Source of the DNA: Piscinibacter sp. | Lineage (GTDB): Bacteria > Pseudomonadota > Gammaproteobacteria > Burkholderiales > Burkholderiaceae_C | Direction: 5' to 3' | Length of the DNA stretch: 48,537 nucleotides | Assembly: GCA_035254085.1 (NCBI GenBank) | Contig: DATFAY010000303.1 | Coordinates: forward strand, 1 to 48,537 | Shown here: positions 29,219 through 38,587 of the stretch, one piece after another | How the letters are laid out: every line of letters begins with the position of its first letter | Numbering within the stretch: the first letter of the stretch is position 1 | The notes under the pieces: model-generated | Databases searched by the model: none | The model's input: the letters and a program-made list of their open reading frames with translations, nothing else | Told to the model about the DNA's origin: nothing | Translations under genes and position numbers: made by a program

Positions 29219-29246
29219 TTGACAGCAGCGCTTCTCGCACTACACC
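29219..29246 (+). promoter_or_regulatory. Promoter motif TTGACA-N16-TACACC
   Basis: Consensus -35 plus the shared CGCACTACACC. Confidence 0.7.
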
Positions 29247-29370
29247 CATTGCGCACCCCCGAATCCGGGGCGTGCACGGTAAGAAGAGGGCCAAGTCCTT
29301 TGGGCAAGGCCTTCTTCCTGGACGAGAGAAGGCCAAGGTGACCAGAGCACCGAAGCTGTGGAACGGAGCC

Positions 29371-30444
29371 ATGCAGCAAGGCTTCGACGGCGACCCCGAG
29401 CGGCTGAAGGCCGGCGGCACGCAGTACTACTGCGTCTCGCTGCCCGAAGACCGCGTCCAGCTCGACGCGTCCGTCGTGGACCTGGTCGAGGCCGCGCGCC
29501 CGCACTACCTGCGGGTGGGCCTCAACCCGACCACGACGATCGTGTCCACGCAGTCCGCGGTGGACCTGCTGCCGGGTGAGGTGTACGTGCCCTGCATGTA
29601 CAACCCGCAGTGGGCTCCGCAGAACGCGCTGGATCCGAGCTGGAACCAGGTCATCGTCGATGCCGCGATGAAGTCGGAGTTCGTCAAGTTCATGACGACG
29701 CACGGCTTCATCGGCCTGGCACCGGCAACGCAGGTGGCTCGTCCCGGAGAGGTCATCGACCTCCCCGCCGGCGTGGACAAGGTGTGGTTCAAGCGCACCA
29801 TCGAAACGTCGGGCGGCGTCAACGTCGAGGGACCGGTCGGCGGCGAGCAGTTCGCCGACAAGGCCGCGACCTACGCGCAGCGTGGCGAGCCGTACCAGAT
29901 CCAGGAGCACGTCCACGGCGTCGACATCTCGAACCAGTACTGGGTCGAGGTCGACATCGACGGCAACGCGACGCTGGAGTTCTTCGGCACGACCGAACAG
30001 GTCATGGTGAAGGACCACCACGCCGGCAACCGCTGGCCGGCCCCGGTCGGAGACTGGGGGCCGCTCACGCACGCCATCGCCGAGAAGCTCGTGGCCCTCG
30101 GGCTGCGCGGCTTCTTCGGCGTGGATGCGCGGGTGAACGGCATCACCGGCCGCATCACGGAGTTCAACCTCCGTGTGAACGGCTCGTCGGTGCCGCTCAT
30201 GCTGGCGCGCAGGCTCGGTGCCGACAGCGTGTCCCTGCGAAGGGAGACGCTGGTGCACCGGTCGCTCACGCCGGAGCGGATGTTCCAGCGCCTGGAAGAC
30301 TCGGGGCACGAGTTCCGCGGCGGAGAGGGCGTGGTCGTGTACCTGATGGGATGGTTCCACCAGGGCACGGTCGGCATCGCCACCTTCGGCGCGAACTCGC
30401 AGCGTCGCTACGACAAGGTCGAGCGCCTGCTCGCCATGTCGTAA
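29371..30444 (+). CDS. ATP-grasp fold enzyme (putative amino acid/peptide ligase)
   Basis: RBS GGAG, ATG 29371. WFKRTIETSGGVNV, YQIQEHVHG, GLRGFFGVD, ITEFNLRVNGS. Confidence 0.75.
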   Translation: MQQGFDGDPERLKAGGTQYYCVSLPEDRVQLDASVVDLVEAARPHYLRVGLNPTTTIVSTQSAVDLLPGEVYVPCMYNPQWAPQNALDPSWNQVIVDAAMKSEFVKFMTTHGFIGLAPATQVARPGEVIDLPAGVDKVWFKRTIETSGGVNVEGPVGGEQFADKAATYAQRGEPYQIQEHVHGVDISNQYWVEVDIDGNATLEFFGTTEQVMVKDHHAGNRWPAPVGDWGPLTHAIAEKLVALGLRGFFGVDARVNGITGRITEFNLRVNGSSVPLMLARRLGADSVSLRRETLVHRSLTPERMFQRLEDSGHEFRGGEGVVVYLMGWFHQGTVGIATFGANSQRRYDKVERLLAMS

Positions 30445-30489
30445 CGCCGCGCCGGTCGGGTAACTGACCGGCAGTTCGTCCAGCACCAC

Positions 30490-30526
30490 CCGGGAGGCAG
30501 CAGCCAGCTGCCTCCCGGTTTTCTTT
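30490..30526 (+). terminator. Rho-independent terminator
   Basis: CCGGGAGGCAGC-agcca-GCTGCCTCCCGG then TTTTCTTT; preceded by another hairpin at 30451-30472. Confidence 0.85.
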
Positions 30527-30545
30527 GGCGGCTGCGGGAAAACCA

Positions 30546-30595
30546 GAGTGAATGAAGTCATTTACTTTGTGTCCAATGAACCATATCATTCACTC
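30546..30595. promoter_or_regulatory. Inverted-repeat operator/promoter of the RpiR-family operon
   Basis: GAGTGAATGA...TCATTCACTC flanking an AT-rich core, ending immediately before ATG 30596. Confidence 0.6.
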
Positions 30596-31450
30596 ATGCC
30601 CAACGCCCAGCAACGCATCCAGGCCGCCACCGCCGAGGCGTCGCCTTCGCTGTCTCGCGTGGGGCACTGGATGTCCGCGCACCTGATCCAGACGCTCTCG
30701 TGCAGCGCCGACGAGATCGCCGCGCTCACCGGCACCTCGGTGGCCGCCATCAACCGCTTCTCGCGCGCGGCCGGCTTCGAAGGCTTCGCGCACCTGAAAA
30801 CCTCGCTCGGCAAGGAGCTCGAGTCGGTGATCGATCCGGTGCGCAAGCTGAGCAGCGGCAAGGCGGGCGCCGCTGCGGCGCCGATCGCGAGCGATGCGCT
30901 GCAGGCCGCCTGCGCGGCCCCCGAGATCCGTCGCGCCGCGGGGCGCCTCCTGAAGGCGCGCAACGTGTGGCTGCTCGGCCTGGGGGCGAGCAGCTTCGTC
31001 GCCGGCTACGCGGCGCACCTGCTGATGCCCTACCTGCCGCAGGTGTGGGCAGTGGCCGGCCCGGGCGGCACCGAGGTCGCAGCGCGCCGGCTCGCCGGCG
31101 CGGGCAAGGGTGACGTGATGCTCGCCGTGTCGCTGCCGCGATATTCGACCGCCACGGTGCGCCTCGCCGGCTTCGCGCGCGAGCGCGGCGCACACGTGAT
31201 TGCGCTCACCGATTCGCCCACTGCACCGCTGGCCGCCGCGGCCGACCTGCTCCTGCTCGCACCGGCGCACCACCCGGTGATGCCGAGCTCGGCGCTGGGC
31301 GCGGTGGCGGTTGTCGAGACCCTGGCCGCCGCCGTGATGCGCCTCAACCCCGACGCGGTGTCGATCGCCCGCGAGCTGTCCGAGGCCGTGCTGCGGCACC
31401 TCGCCACCGACAGTCGTTCCCCTAGTTCCTACTCAACGGAGGAAACATGA
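30596..31450 (+). CDS. MurR/RpiR family transcriptional regulator
   Basis: N-terminal HTH (IAALTGTSVAAINRF..AAGFEGF..LK) plus SIS domain (LGLGAS, SLPRYS, ALTDSP.APLA). Confidence 0.9.
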   Translation: MPNAQQRIQAATAEASPSLSRVGHWMSAHLIQTLSCSADEIAALTGTSVAAINRFSRAAGFEGFAHLKTSLGKELESVIDPVRKLSSGKAGAAAAPIASDALQAACAAPEIRRAAGRLLKARNVWLLGLGASSFVAGYAAHLLMPYLPQVWAVAGPGGTEVAARRLAGAGKGDVMLAVSLPRYSTATVRLAGFARERGAHVIALTDSPTAPLAAAADLLLLAPAHHPVMPSSALGAVAVVETLAAAVMRLNPDAVSIARELSEAVLRHLATDSRSPSSYSTEET

Positions 31451-32481
31451 CACGCACCTTCAAATCGCGCCTGTTCGGCGCCGCGCTGTGCGCCGCGCTC
31501 ACGCTGCCCGGCGTCGCGCAAGCGGGCAAGGTGCTCGACGGCGTCAAGCAGAAGGGCGTGGTCACCTGCGGCGTGCACACCGGCCGCGCCGGCTTCGCGC
31601 TGGCCGATGCCAACGGCAAGTGGTCAGGCCTTGACGTCGACTACTGCCGCGCGCTGGCTGCGGCCGTGCTGGGCGACGCCGACAAGGTGAAATACGCGCC
31701 CACAAGCGGGCAGACCCGCATCACCGCGCTGCAAAGCGGCGAGGTGGACGTGCTCTCGCGCAACACCACCTGGACCTTCACCCGCGATGCGTCGCTCGGT
31801 CTGCTGTGGGTCGGCGTGAACTTCTACGACGGGCAGGCCTTCATCGCGAAGAAGAAGCCCAACCTCACGAGTGTCAGGCAGCTCGGCGGCGCGACCATCT
31901 GCGTCGACTCGGGCACCACCACCGAGAAGAACCTGGCCGAGTACTTTCGCGCGCACAAGCTCGCCTACAAGGGCGTGGTGTTCGACCAGGCGGAGGCGGC
32001 GCAGCATGCGTTCGCGAGCGGGCGCTGCCAGGCCTTCACCGGCGACAACGCCGCGCTCGCGGTGCTCAAGGCGACGCAACTCAAGAACCCCGACGACTAC
32101 GTGATCCTGCCCGAGCTCATCTCCAAGGAGCCGCTGGGGCCGGCGGTGCGGCGCGGCGACGACGAGTGGTTCACCATCGCGCGCTGGACGCTGTTCGCGA
32201 TGATCGAGGCCGAGGAGCTGGGCATCAGCTCGGCCAACATCGACGCCCTCAAGGCCTCGAGCACCGACCCGGCGATCAAGCGCTTCGTCGGCACGGGCGA
32301 CGACATGGGCAAGTTCATCGGCCTGGACAAGGACTGGAGCTACCGCATCGTCAAGGCGGTGGGCAACTATGGCGAGAGCTTCGAGCGCAACCTCGGTGCG
32401 CAGTCGCGCGTGAAGCTGCCGCGCGGCCACATGAACCTGTGGACGCACGGCGGCCTGTTGATGTCGCCGCCGCTGCGCTGA
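31447..32481 (+). CDS. aapJ: General L-amino acid ABC transporter substrate-binding protein
   Basis: GLDVDYCRALAAA, LQSGEVDVLSRNTTWT..RD, ISKEPLGP, VGNYGESFERN. Confidence 0.92.
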   Translation: MTRTFKSRLFGAALCAALTLPGVAQAGKVLDGVKQKGVVTCGVHTGRAGFALADANGKWSGLDVDYCRALAAAVLGDADKVKYAPTSGQTRITALQSGEVDVLSRNTTWTFTRDASLGLLWVGVNFYDGQAFIAKKKPNLTSVRQLGGATICVDSGTTTEKNLAEYFRAHKLAYKGVVFDQAEAAQHAFASGRCQAFTGDNAALAVLKATQLKNPDDYVILPELISKEPLGPAVRRGDDEWFTIARWTLFAMIEAEELGISSANIDALKASSTDPAIKRFVGTGDDMGKFIGLDKDWSYRIVKAVGNYGESFERNLGAQSRVKLPRGHMNLWTHGGLLMSPPLR

Positions 32482-32483
32482 GC

Positions 32484-33563
32484 ATGGACGCGACGAGCCT
32501 CTCGATGGCGGCAATGGATCGTCCGCCGGCGTCATCGCACGATGCGGCGCACGCAGCCGCGCAGCATGGGATGCACGGCCTGGCCAGCCACCCCGCACCG
32601 AGCGCGGAACCGCCCACACGCGTGCCGGCCTGGCGATCGATCGCATGGCTGGTGCTGGCGCTCGCGCTGGTGCTGGCGCTCGGCTCGTGGCTGGTGCACA
32701 ACGCCGCGGCCAATCTGGCTGCACGCCACATCGCCTCGGGCTTCGGCTTCCTGAACGACAGCGCTGGCTTCGCGATCTCGGAAGGCGTCGTGCCCTACGA
32801 CAGCGGCGACCGCTATGCGCTCGCCTTTGCGGCCGGCATCGCCAACACGCTGCGCGCGGCCTTGCCCGCGGTGCTGCTGGCGAGCGTGCTCGGGTTCGCC
32901 GCAGGCATCGCGCAGATCAGCCGCCATGCCCTGCTGCGCCTGCTGGCCGTTGGCTACGTCGACATCGTCCGCAACGTGCCGCTGCTGGTGCAGGTGCTGC
33001 TGTGGTACTTCGCCCTGACCAGCCTGCTGCCCGATGCCGAGCGGCCGCTGCAATGGGACCACCTCGTGTTCCTGAGCAAGGGCGGCCTCACCGTCACGCT
33101 GCCGTGGCAGCCGGCCGAGGTGGGTGCCTTCGGCGTGAACGGCGGCGCCACCATGAGCCCCGAGTGGCTTGCGCTGGTGTCGGCGCTCACGCTGTACGCC
33201 GGCGCGTACTGCGCCGAGGTCGTGCGTGCCGGGCTGCAGGCGGTGCCGCGCGCGCAATGGGAGGCTGCGCACGCGCTCGGCCTCACTCGCGGGCAAGCGC
33301 TGCGCCGCGTGATCGTGCCGCAGGCACTGCGCGTGATCGTGCCGCCCTACACCAGCCTGGTGATGAACACGATCAAGAACTCGTCGCTCGCCGTGGCCAT
33401 CGGCTACCCCGACATCGTCTCGGTCGCGACGACGTCGCTGAACCAGAACGGCCAGGCGATCGAATGCATCGCCATCATCGCGGGCGTCTACCTGCTGCTC
33501 AACCTCGCCACGGCGGCGGTCATGGGCGTGGTGAACACGCGCGTGCAACTGAAGGAGCGTTGA
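32484..33563 (+). CDS. aapQ: Amino acid ABC transporter permease
   Basis: ASGFGFL...AGF.I, RNVPLLVQ, AEVVRAG, KNSSLAVAIGYPD. Start approximate. Confidence 0.88.
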   Translation: MDATSLSMAAMDRPPASSHDAAHAAAQHGMHGLASHPAPSAEPPTRVPAWRSIAWLVLALALVLALGSWLVHNAAANLAARHIASGFGFLNDSAGFAISEGVVPYDSGDRYALAFAAGIANTLRAALPAVLLASVLGFAAGIAQISRHALLRLLAVGYVDIVRNVPLLVQVLLWYFALTSLLPDAERPLQWDHLVFLSKGGLTVTLPWQPAEVGAFGVNGGATMSPEWLALVSALTLYAGAYCAEVVRAGLQAVPRAQWEAAHALGLTRGQALRRVIVPQALRVIVPPYTSLVMNTIKNSSLAVAIGYPDIVSVATTSLNQNGQAIECIAIIAGVYLLLNLATAAVMGVVNTRVQLKER

Positions 33564-33566
33564 CCC

Positions 33567-34631
33567 ATGGCGCAGATGCCCGCACCGCCGCCCGCGCCGT
33601 CGTTCGCCGAGCGCTGGCGCCGCACGCTGTTCGGCGACATGCCGTCGGCGATCGTCTCGAGCATGCTGCTGCTCGGCCTGGCGTGGGCCGCGTGGCAGGC
33701 CATCCGCTGGGGCGCGCTGGATGCCGTGGTGCAGCCCGACCCGGCCGCGTGCCGCGCCGCCGGCGGCGCGTGCTGGGGCGTCATCGTCGAGAAGCACCGC
33801 CTGGTGCTGCTCGGGCGCTTCCCGGCCGACGAGCGCTGGCGGCCCGTCGTCGCCAGCATCGGGCTGCTGGGCGCAGTGGGTGCGGCGGCCCACCCGCGCT
33901 GCTTCGGGCGCATCGGACTGCTGCTGCTCCTTGCGGGCTCGGCGCTGTTCTTCGTGCTGATGAGCGGCGGCGTGCTCGGGCTGTCCGCGGTCAGCAGCGA
34001 CCTGTGGGGCGGCCTGCCGCTGACGCTCTTTCTCGCCCTCGTGGCCTGCCTGCTGGGCGTGCCGCTGGGCATCGCGCTGGCGCTGGCGCGGCGCTCCGGA
34101 CTGCCGGCGCTGCGCTGGCTGGCCGGGGGCTACATCGAAGGCGTGCGCGGCGTGCCGCTGATCACGCTGCTGTTCTTCGGCGCCTTCGTCGTGCCGCTGG
34201 TTCTGCCCCCGCAATGGCGGCTCGACCCCATGCTGCGCATCGGCGTGTGCCTCACGATGTTCTGCTCCGCCTACCTTGCCGAAGTGTTCCGCGGCGGCCT
34301 GCAGGCGGTGCCGCGCGGGCAGCTCGAAGCCGCGCATGCCCTCGGCCTGAACCGCTGGCAGACGCTCACGCGCGTGGTGCTGCCGCAGGCGCTGCGCATC
34401 ACCATCGCGCCCACCACCAACAACTTCATCGGCGCGGTGAAGGACACCTCGCTGGTGGCCATCGTCAACATCTACGACATGACCGGCACGCTGCGCCTGG
34501 CCATGAGCGACCCGCAGTGGCAGCCCTTCTTCGTCGAGATGTACCTGGTGGTGAGCGCCGTCTACCTCGCGATCGGCATGTCGATCGCGCAATACGGCCG
34601 CTACCTGACGCGCCGCTACGCCTTGAGATGA
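33567..34631 (+). CDS. aapM: Amino acid ABC transporter permease
   Basis: GACW, WGGLPLTL, RGVPLIT.LF, AEVFRGGLQA, KDTSLV. Confidence 0.9.
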   Translation: MAQMPAPPPAPSFAERWRRTLFGDMPSAIVSSMLLLGLAWAAWQAIRWGALDAVVQPDPAACRAAGGACWGVIVEKHRLVLLGRFPADERWRPVVASIGLLGAVGAAAHPRCFGRIGLLLLLAGSALFFVLMSGGVLGLSAVSSDLWGGLPLTLFLALVACLLGVPLGIALALARRSGLPALRWLAGGYIEGVRGVPLITLLFFGAFVVPLVLPPQWRLDPMLRIGVCLTMFCSAYLAEVFRGGLQAVPRGQLEAAHALGLNRWQTLTRVVLPQALRITIAPTTNNFIGAVKDTSLVAIVNIYDMTGTLRLAMSDPQWQPFFVEMYLVVSAVYLAIGMSIAQYGRYLTRRYALR

Positions 34632-34639
34632 ACCACTCC

Positions 34640-34716
34640 CGAAGCGCCTCCGGCGCTCCCCCTCAAGGCGGCGCCGCCAGCGGACCGGCGAAGCCGGCTC
34701 CGCGGCGTCCGCTTGA
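34640..34716. repeat. REP/MITE-like palindromic element within the aap operon
   Basis: Nested imperfect inverted repeats (TCAAG...CTTGA enclosing CCGGC-gaa-GCCGG) in a 140-bp gap of an otherwise compact operon. Confidence 0.4.
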
Positions 34717-34772
34717 TGCGTCGCGCTCGTGTGCTCGCGGCTGCCGCTTCGGCGACATGGAGAACTGAACGA

Positions 34773-35516
34773 ATGAACGCAAGCAACATCCTGCTGTCCG
34801 TCGAGGGCATGCACAAATGGTTCGGCGGCTTCCACGCGCTGGACGACTGCCACCTGCACGTCGCGCCCGGCGAGAAGATCGTCATCTGCGGGCCCTCGGG
34901 CTCGGGCAAGTCGACGCTGATCCGCTGCGTGAATGCGATCGAGCGCCACGATGGCGGGCGCATCGTTTTCGACGGCGTGCCGCTCGACGATTCGCGCGAG
35001 GCCATCCGTGCGCGCAAGGGCATCGGCATGGTGTTCCAGCAGTTCAACCTGTTCCCGCACCTGAAGGTGCTCGACAACGTGATGCTCGCGCCCCTGCTGG
35101 TCAAGCGGCAGGACGTCAACGTGTCACGCCAGCAGGCGATGGAATTGCTCGATCGGGTGCGCATTGCCGAGCAGGCGCACAAGTTTCCAGGGCAGCTCTC
35201 CGGCGGGCAGCAGCAGCGGGTGGCGATCGCCCGCGCGCTGGCCATGCAGCCGCAGCTCATGCTGTTCGACGAGCCGACTTCCGCGCTCGATCCCGAGATG
35301 GTGGGCGAGGTGCTCGAGACGATGCAGGAGCTCGCGCGCGACGGCATGACCATGATCGTCGTGACGCACGAGATGGGCTTCGCACGCCGCGTTGCGGACC
35401 GGGTCGTGTTCATGGAGGCCGGGCGCATCGTCGAGGTCCAGCAGCCCCAGCGCTTCTTCGACCAGCCGCACAGCGAGCGCACCCGCGCCTTCCTCGGAAA
35501 AATCCTCACCCACTGA
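34773..35516 (+). CDS. aapP: Amino acid ABC transporter ATP-binding protein
   Basis: [48 protein letters not shown]. Confidence 0.93.
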   Translation: MNASNILLSVEGMHKWFGGFHALDDCHLHVAPGEKIVICGPSGSGKSTLIRCVNAIERHDGGRIVFDGVPLDDSREAIRARKGIGMVFQQFNLFPHLKVLDNVMLAPLLVKRQDVNVSRQQAMELLDRVRIAEQAHKFPGQLSGGQQQRVAIARALAMQPQLMLFDEPTSALDPEMVGEVLETMQELARDGMTMIVVTHEMGFARRVADRVVFMEAGRIVEVQQPQRFFDQPHSERTRAFLGKILTH

Positions 35517-35518
35517 CC

Positions 35519-36466
35519 ATGAGCCTTCCTTTTGCTTTCGCGCTGCATGGCGGTGCCGGCACCATCGCGCCCACCCATCCGCAGGCCGAGGCGCCCTATC
35601 ACGAAGCGCTGCGCGCCGCGACGGCGCGCGCCCTGGCCGTGCTCGCGGCCGACGGGTCCTCGCTCGACGCCGTGGTCGAGGCGGTGGCTGCGCTGGAAGA
35701 CTGCCCGCTCTTCAATGCCGGCCATGGCGCCGTGTTCTGCGCCGACGGCGGCCACGAACTCGACGCCGGCGTGATGGACGGCCGCACGCTCGCCGCGGGC
35801 GGCGTGGCTGGCGTTCGCACGGTGCGCAACCCGGTGCGCGCCGCGCTCGAGCTCATGTACGAGGGCCGCTGCGTGCTGATGGGCGCCGACGCCGCCGAGC
35901 GCCTGGCCGCCGAGCGCGGGCTGGACATCGTCGAGCCCGGCTACTTCTCCACCGCGCACCGCCTGGCCCAGCTGCGCGAGGTGCAGGCCAGGCGCGGCGG
36001 GCTCGCCGCGCTCGACCATGACCGTGAGCCCGAGGACGCCGACAGCCCGCACCGCTTCGGCACGGTGGGCGCGGTGGCGCGTGACCGCCATGGACACCTC
36101 GCAGCCGCCACCTCGACCGGCGGCATGACCAACAAGCCGCCGGGGCGCATCGGCGACAGCCCGATCGTCGGCGCCGGCGTCTACGCCAACGACGCGACCT
36201 GCGCCGTGTCGTGCACCGGCACGGGCGAGCACTTCATCCGCGCCTGCCTCGGTCACGATGTGCACGCGCGCATGCGCTACGGGCAGCAGGGCACTTTCCT
36301 GGCGGCGCACGAGGCTCTCGCGCAGACGCTCGGGCCGCTGGGCGGCCGCGGCGGCATGGTGGTGGTCGGCCGCGACGGCCAGATCGCCATGCCCTTCAAC
36401 TCGCGCGGCATGTACCGCGCGTGGGTGCGCGAGGGCGACGACGTGCGCACCGCCATCTTTGCCTGA
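35519..36466 (+). CDS. iaaA: Isoaspartyl peptidase/L-asparaginase (Ntn hydrolase)
   Basis: ALHGGAG, LEDCPLFNAG.G, GTVGAVA (Thr nucleophile), TSTGG, GRIGDSP, TGTGE. Confidence 0.93.
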   Translation: MSLPFAFALHGGAGTIAPTHPQAEAPYHEALRAATARALAVLAADGSSLDAVVEAVAALEDCPLFNAGHGAVFCADGGHELDAGVMDGRTLAAGGVAGVRTVRNPVRAALELMYEGRCVLMGADAAERLAAERGLDIVEPGYFSTAHRLAQLREVQARRGGLAALDHDREPEDADSPHRFGTVGAVARDRHGHLAAATSTGGMTNKPPGRIGDSPIVGAGVYANDATCAVSCTGTGEHFIRACLGHDVHARMRYGQQGTFLAAHEALAQTLGPLGGRGGMVVVGRDGQIAMPFNSRGMYRAWVREGDDVRTAIFA

Positions 36467-36502
36467 CCCTCGTGTGGCGCGCCGCCGGTCGCGCTGCGCC
36501 GC

Positions 36503-36644
36503 GTGCGGGAAGTCGCACATCCGGCCGCAGGTGAGCGCCGCCCTCGGGCTCACTGACCAGCGCGTAAGCGCTTGATCCGCCACTGGTTTCGACTCCACAG
36601 CAAGTGGAACGCGGCGCTGCGGCCGAAATGGCATCACGGTTGCA
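36503..36644 (+). promoter_or_regulatory. Sigma-54 promoter module 3 (enhancer + IHF + -24/-12) of the virB8 operon
   Basis: GTGCGGGAAGTCGCAC 36503-36518; reversed IHF-like GATCAAGCGCTTA (36577-36565); TGGCATCACGGTTGCA 36629-36644. Confidence 0.85.
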
Positions 36645-36689
36645 AGCGAAGGCCTGCGCGTGTTGGTCGCGCATCCGAGAAGGCCACCG

Positions 36690-37556
36690 ATGTCCCTGTT
36701 CAACCTGCCCCGAGCGCACCGCGCCGGCCAGATCGCTGCCAAGCGCGCCGCGAACGCCCGGCCGGCCACGGACACGCGCCACGGCGAGGACGGCATGGTC
36801 CCCGAGGCCATCATCGCGAAGGTGCGCGCGCAGTCGCGCTTCGACCAACTCGCCGGCGTGACGGCCGACCGCGCGCGCTGGTTCGTCGCCTTCCTCATCC
36901 TCGGCGGCATCGCGCTGTTCTCCGCGCTCGGCTGGTACGTGGCCGACGCGCGCTTCGCCGACAACGTGCGAGTGGCGTGGGTCAAGCTCGATCCGTCGGG
37001 CGCCTACACCGTGCAGTTCGCCGACGACGTGCGCCCGGTCGAGTTCTTCCAGACCACGCTCGAATCGAAGCTCAGCGAAGTGGTGGAAAAGCGCTACCGC
37101 AAGAACGCGGCGACGATCACCGCCGACTACCGCTTCGTCGGCTTCTTCCTCTCGCCCAAGCTGGCCGCCCAGTTTCTGAGCGTGGACGACTACAACGCCG
37201 CGCGCGTGGCCGCCGAGCTCACCGAATGCAAGGGCCGCTGCCTCGAGCGCGACGTCAAGGTGCGAGTGGTGCAGCACCGCACGCAGGCCCCGCTGCGCAT
37301 CCCGGACCATGCCAACTCCACGCTGTACGAGACGCTGGTGTTCACCACCTTCACCGAGCGCAAGCCCGACGGCACGGTGGCCGACCGGCGCAACGCGATC
37401 GTGCAGATGGCCTGGCGCATCAAGGGCAAGGACGAGATCGTCTCCAACAAGGCGGCGCTGACCGCCAACCCCCTGGGCATCGAGATCCTCTCGCTCGACC
37501 TCAAGGAAGACCCGACGCCGGTGCCGCGCGATGACAAGAGCGCGCAAGGCGGATGA
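36690..37556 (+). CDS. virB8: T4SS VirB8/TrbF-like protein
   Basis: Single TM helix, periplasmic domain, C-terminal NPLGIEI motif. Confidence 0.8.
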   Translation: MSLFNLPRAHRAGQIAAKRAANARPATDTRHGEDGMVPEAIIAKVRAQSRFDQLAGVTADRARWFVAFLILGGIALFSALGWYVADARFADNVRVAWVKLDPSGAYTVQFADDVRPVEFFQTTLESKLSEVVEKRYRKNAATITADYRFVGFFLSPKLAAQFLSVDDYNAARVAAELTECKGRCLERDVKVRVVQHRTQAPLRIPDHANSTLYETLVFTTFTERKPDGTVADRRNAIVQMAWRIKGKDEIVSNKAALTANPLGIEILSLDLKEDPTPVPRDDKSAQGG

Positions 37557-38587
37557 CAACGCCCGCGCCCCCACGCATCGCCCACCCACGCACGAAGGAC
37601 CGACATCCCATGAACCCCTACGCATTCATGCTTGCCTGGCGCGCGCTGGCACGCCACACGCCCTGCGCGGTGGCAGTGCTGGCCGCCGCCGCAGCCGCTT
37701 CGCCGGCACAGGCGCAAAACACGCCCTTCGACGATGCGCCGAGAGCCGGCGTCGCGGCATCGTCGCCGGCCCATGACGCGCCGAGGCCGCGACACGTCGC
37801 CGCCGCCCGCGTGCACGCGCGCGCCGTCAACCAGAGCCATGGCGGCGAGCCGGCCCTGAGCTGCCGCACGGTCGCGTGGAAGTCCGGCGACATCGTGCGC
37901 ATCCAGGCGCAGCCGTACAAGCAGGTGCACGTGGCGCTGCCCGAGAACGGCATCGACGTGATCATGGGCGACAAGGAGCTGTGGGCACTCGACTGGATCA
38001 ACAACCGCATCTTCATCAAGCCCACCAGCCGCTCCAGCGAGGGCCGCTCGACCACCATCTCGGCCATCGGCCAGAGCGGCAACGCCTACGAGTTCCTGGT
38101 GACGCGCGTGCCCGAGTCGGCCGAGATCTCGCATTGCATCTACCTCACGGCCGACCCGGGGCTGATCACGCGCAGCGCCTGGCAGCAGGCGGCCGCGGGC
38201 GGCAGCGAATCGCTGGCACGCGAGGTGTCGGGCCTGCGCGAGCGCAACGAGAGCCTGCAGCGGCAATCGCGCGAAAGCATGAAGGCCTATCGCAAGCAGC
38301 TCAACAGCAACTACGCGTGGCGCACGGGGCTGTTCTCGCGCTGGAGCGGCGGCGAGGTGGAGTCGGTCTACGACGACGGGCGCTTCACCTACGTGCGCAT
38401 GAAGGACGGCGCGCAGGGCCTGGTATCGATCACCGGCGACGTCGACGGCAAGCCGATGCTGCTCGAGTACTCCTACGACTCGCCGACCCGCACCTACCAG
38501 ATCAGCGGCATCTTTCCGAAGTTCACGCTGCGCTCGGGCGAGCAGTCGCTGTCGATCACGCGCGGCGCCGACAAGGGGGCCTCATGA
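37553..38587 (+). CDS. virB9: T4SS VirB9/TrbG-like outer-membrane core protein
   Basis: Signal ending AQA; N.IFIKP, LNSNY, VYDDGRFTYV. Start 37553 (ATGA overlap) or 37610. Confidence 0.82.
   Translation: MTTPAPPRIAHPRTKDRHPMNPYAFMLAWRALARHTPCAVAVLAAAAAASPAQAQNTPFDDAPRAGVAASSPAHDAPRPRHVAAARVHARAVNQSHGGEPALSCRTVAWKSGDIVRIQAQPYKQVHVALPENGIDVIMGDKELWALDWINNRIFIKPTSRSSEGRSTTISAIGQSGNAYEFLVTRVPESAEISHCIYLTADPGLITRSAWQQAAAGGSESLAREVSGLRERNESLQRQSRESMKAYRKQLNSNYAWRTGLFSRWSGGEVESVYDDGRFTYVRMKDGAQGLVSITGDVDGKPMLLEYSYDSPTRTYQISGIFPKFTLRSGEQSLSITRGADKGAS

Noticed and set aside
29041-29340. Hairpin series as a CRISPR array or integron attC sites
   Set aside because: The stems are not repeats of each other, spacing is irregular, no cas or integrase gene is present, and no clear RYYYAAC/GTTRRRY boxes were seen.
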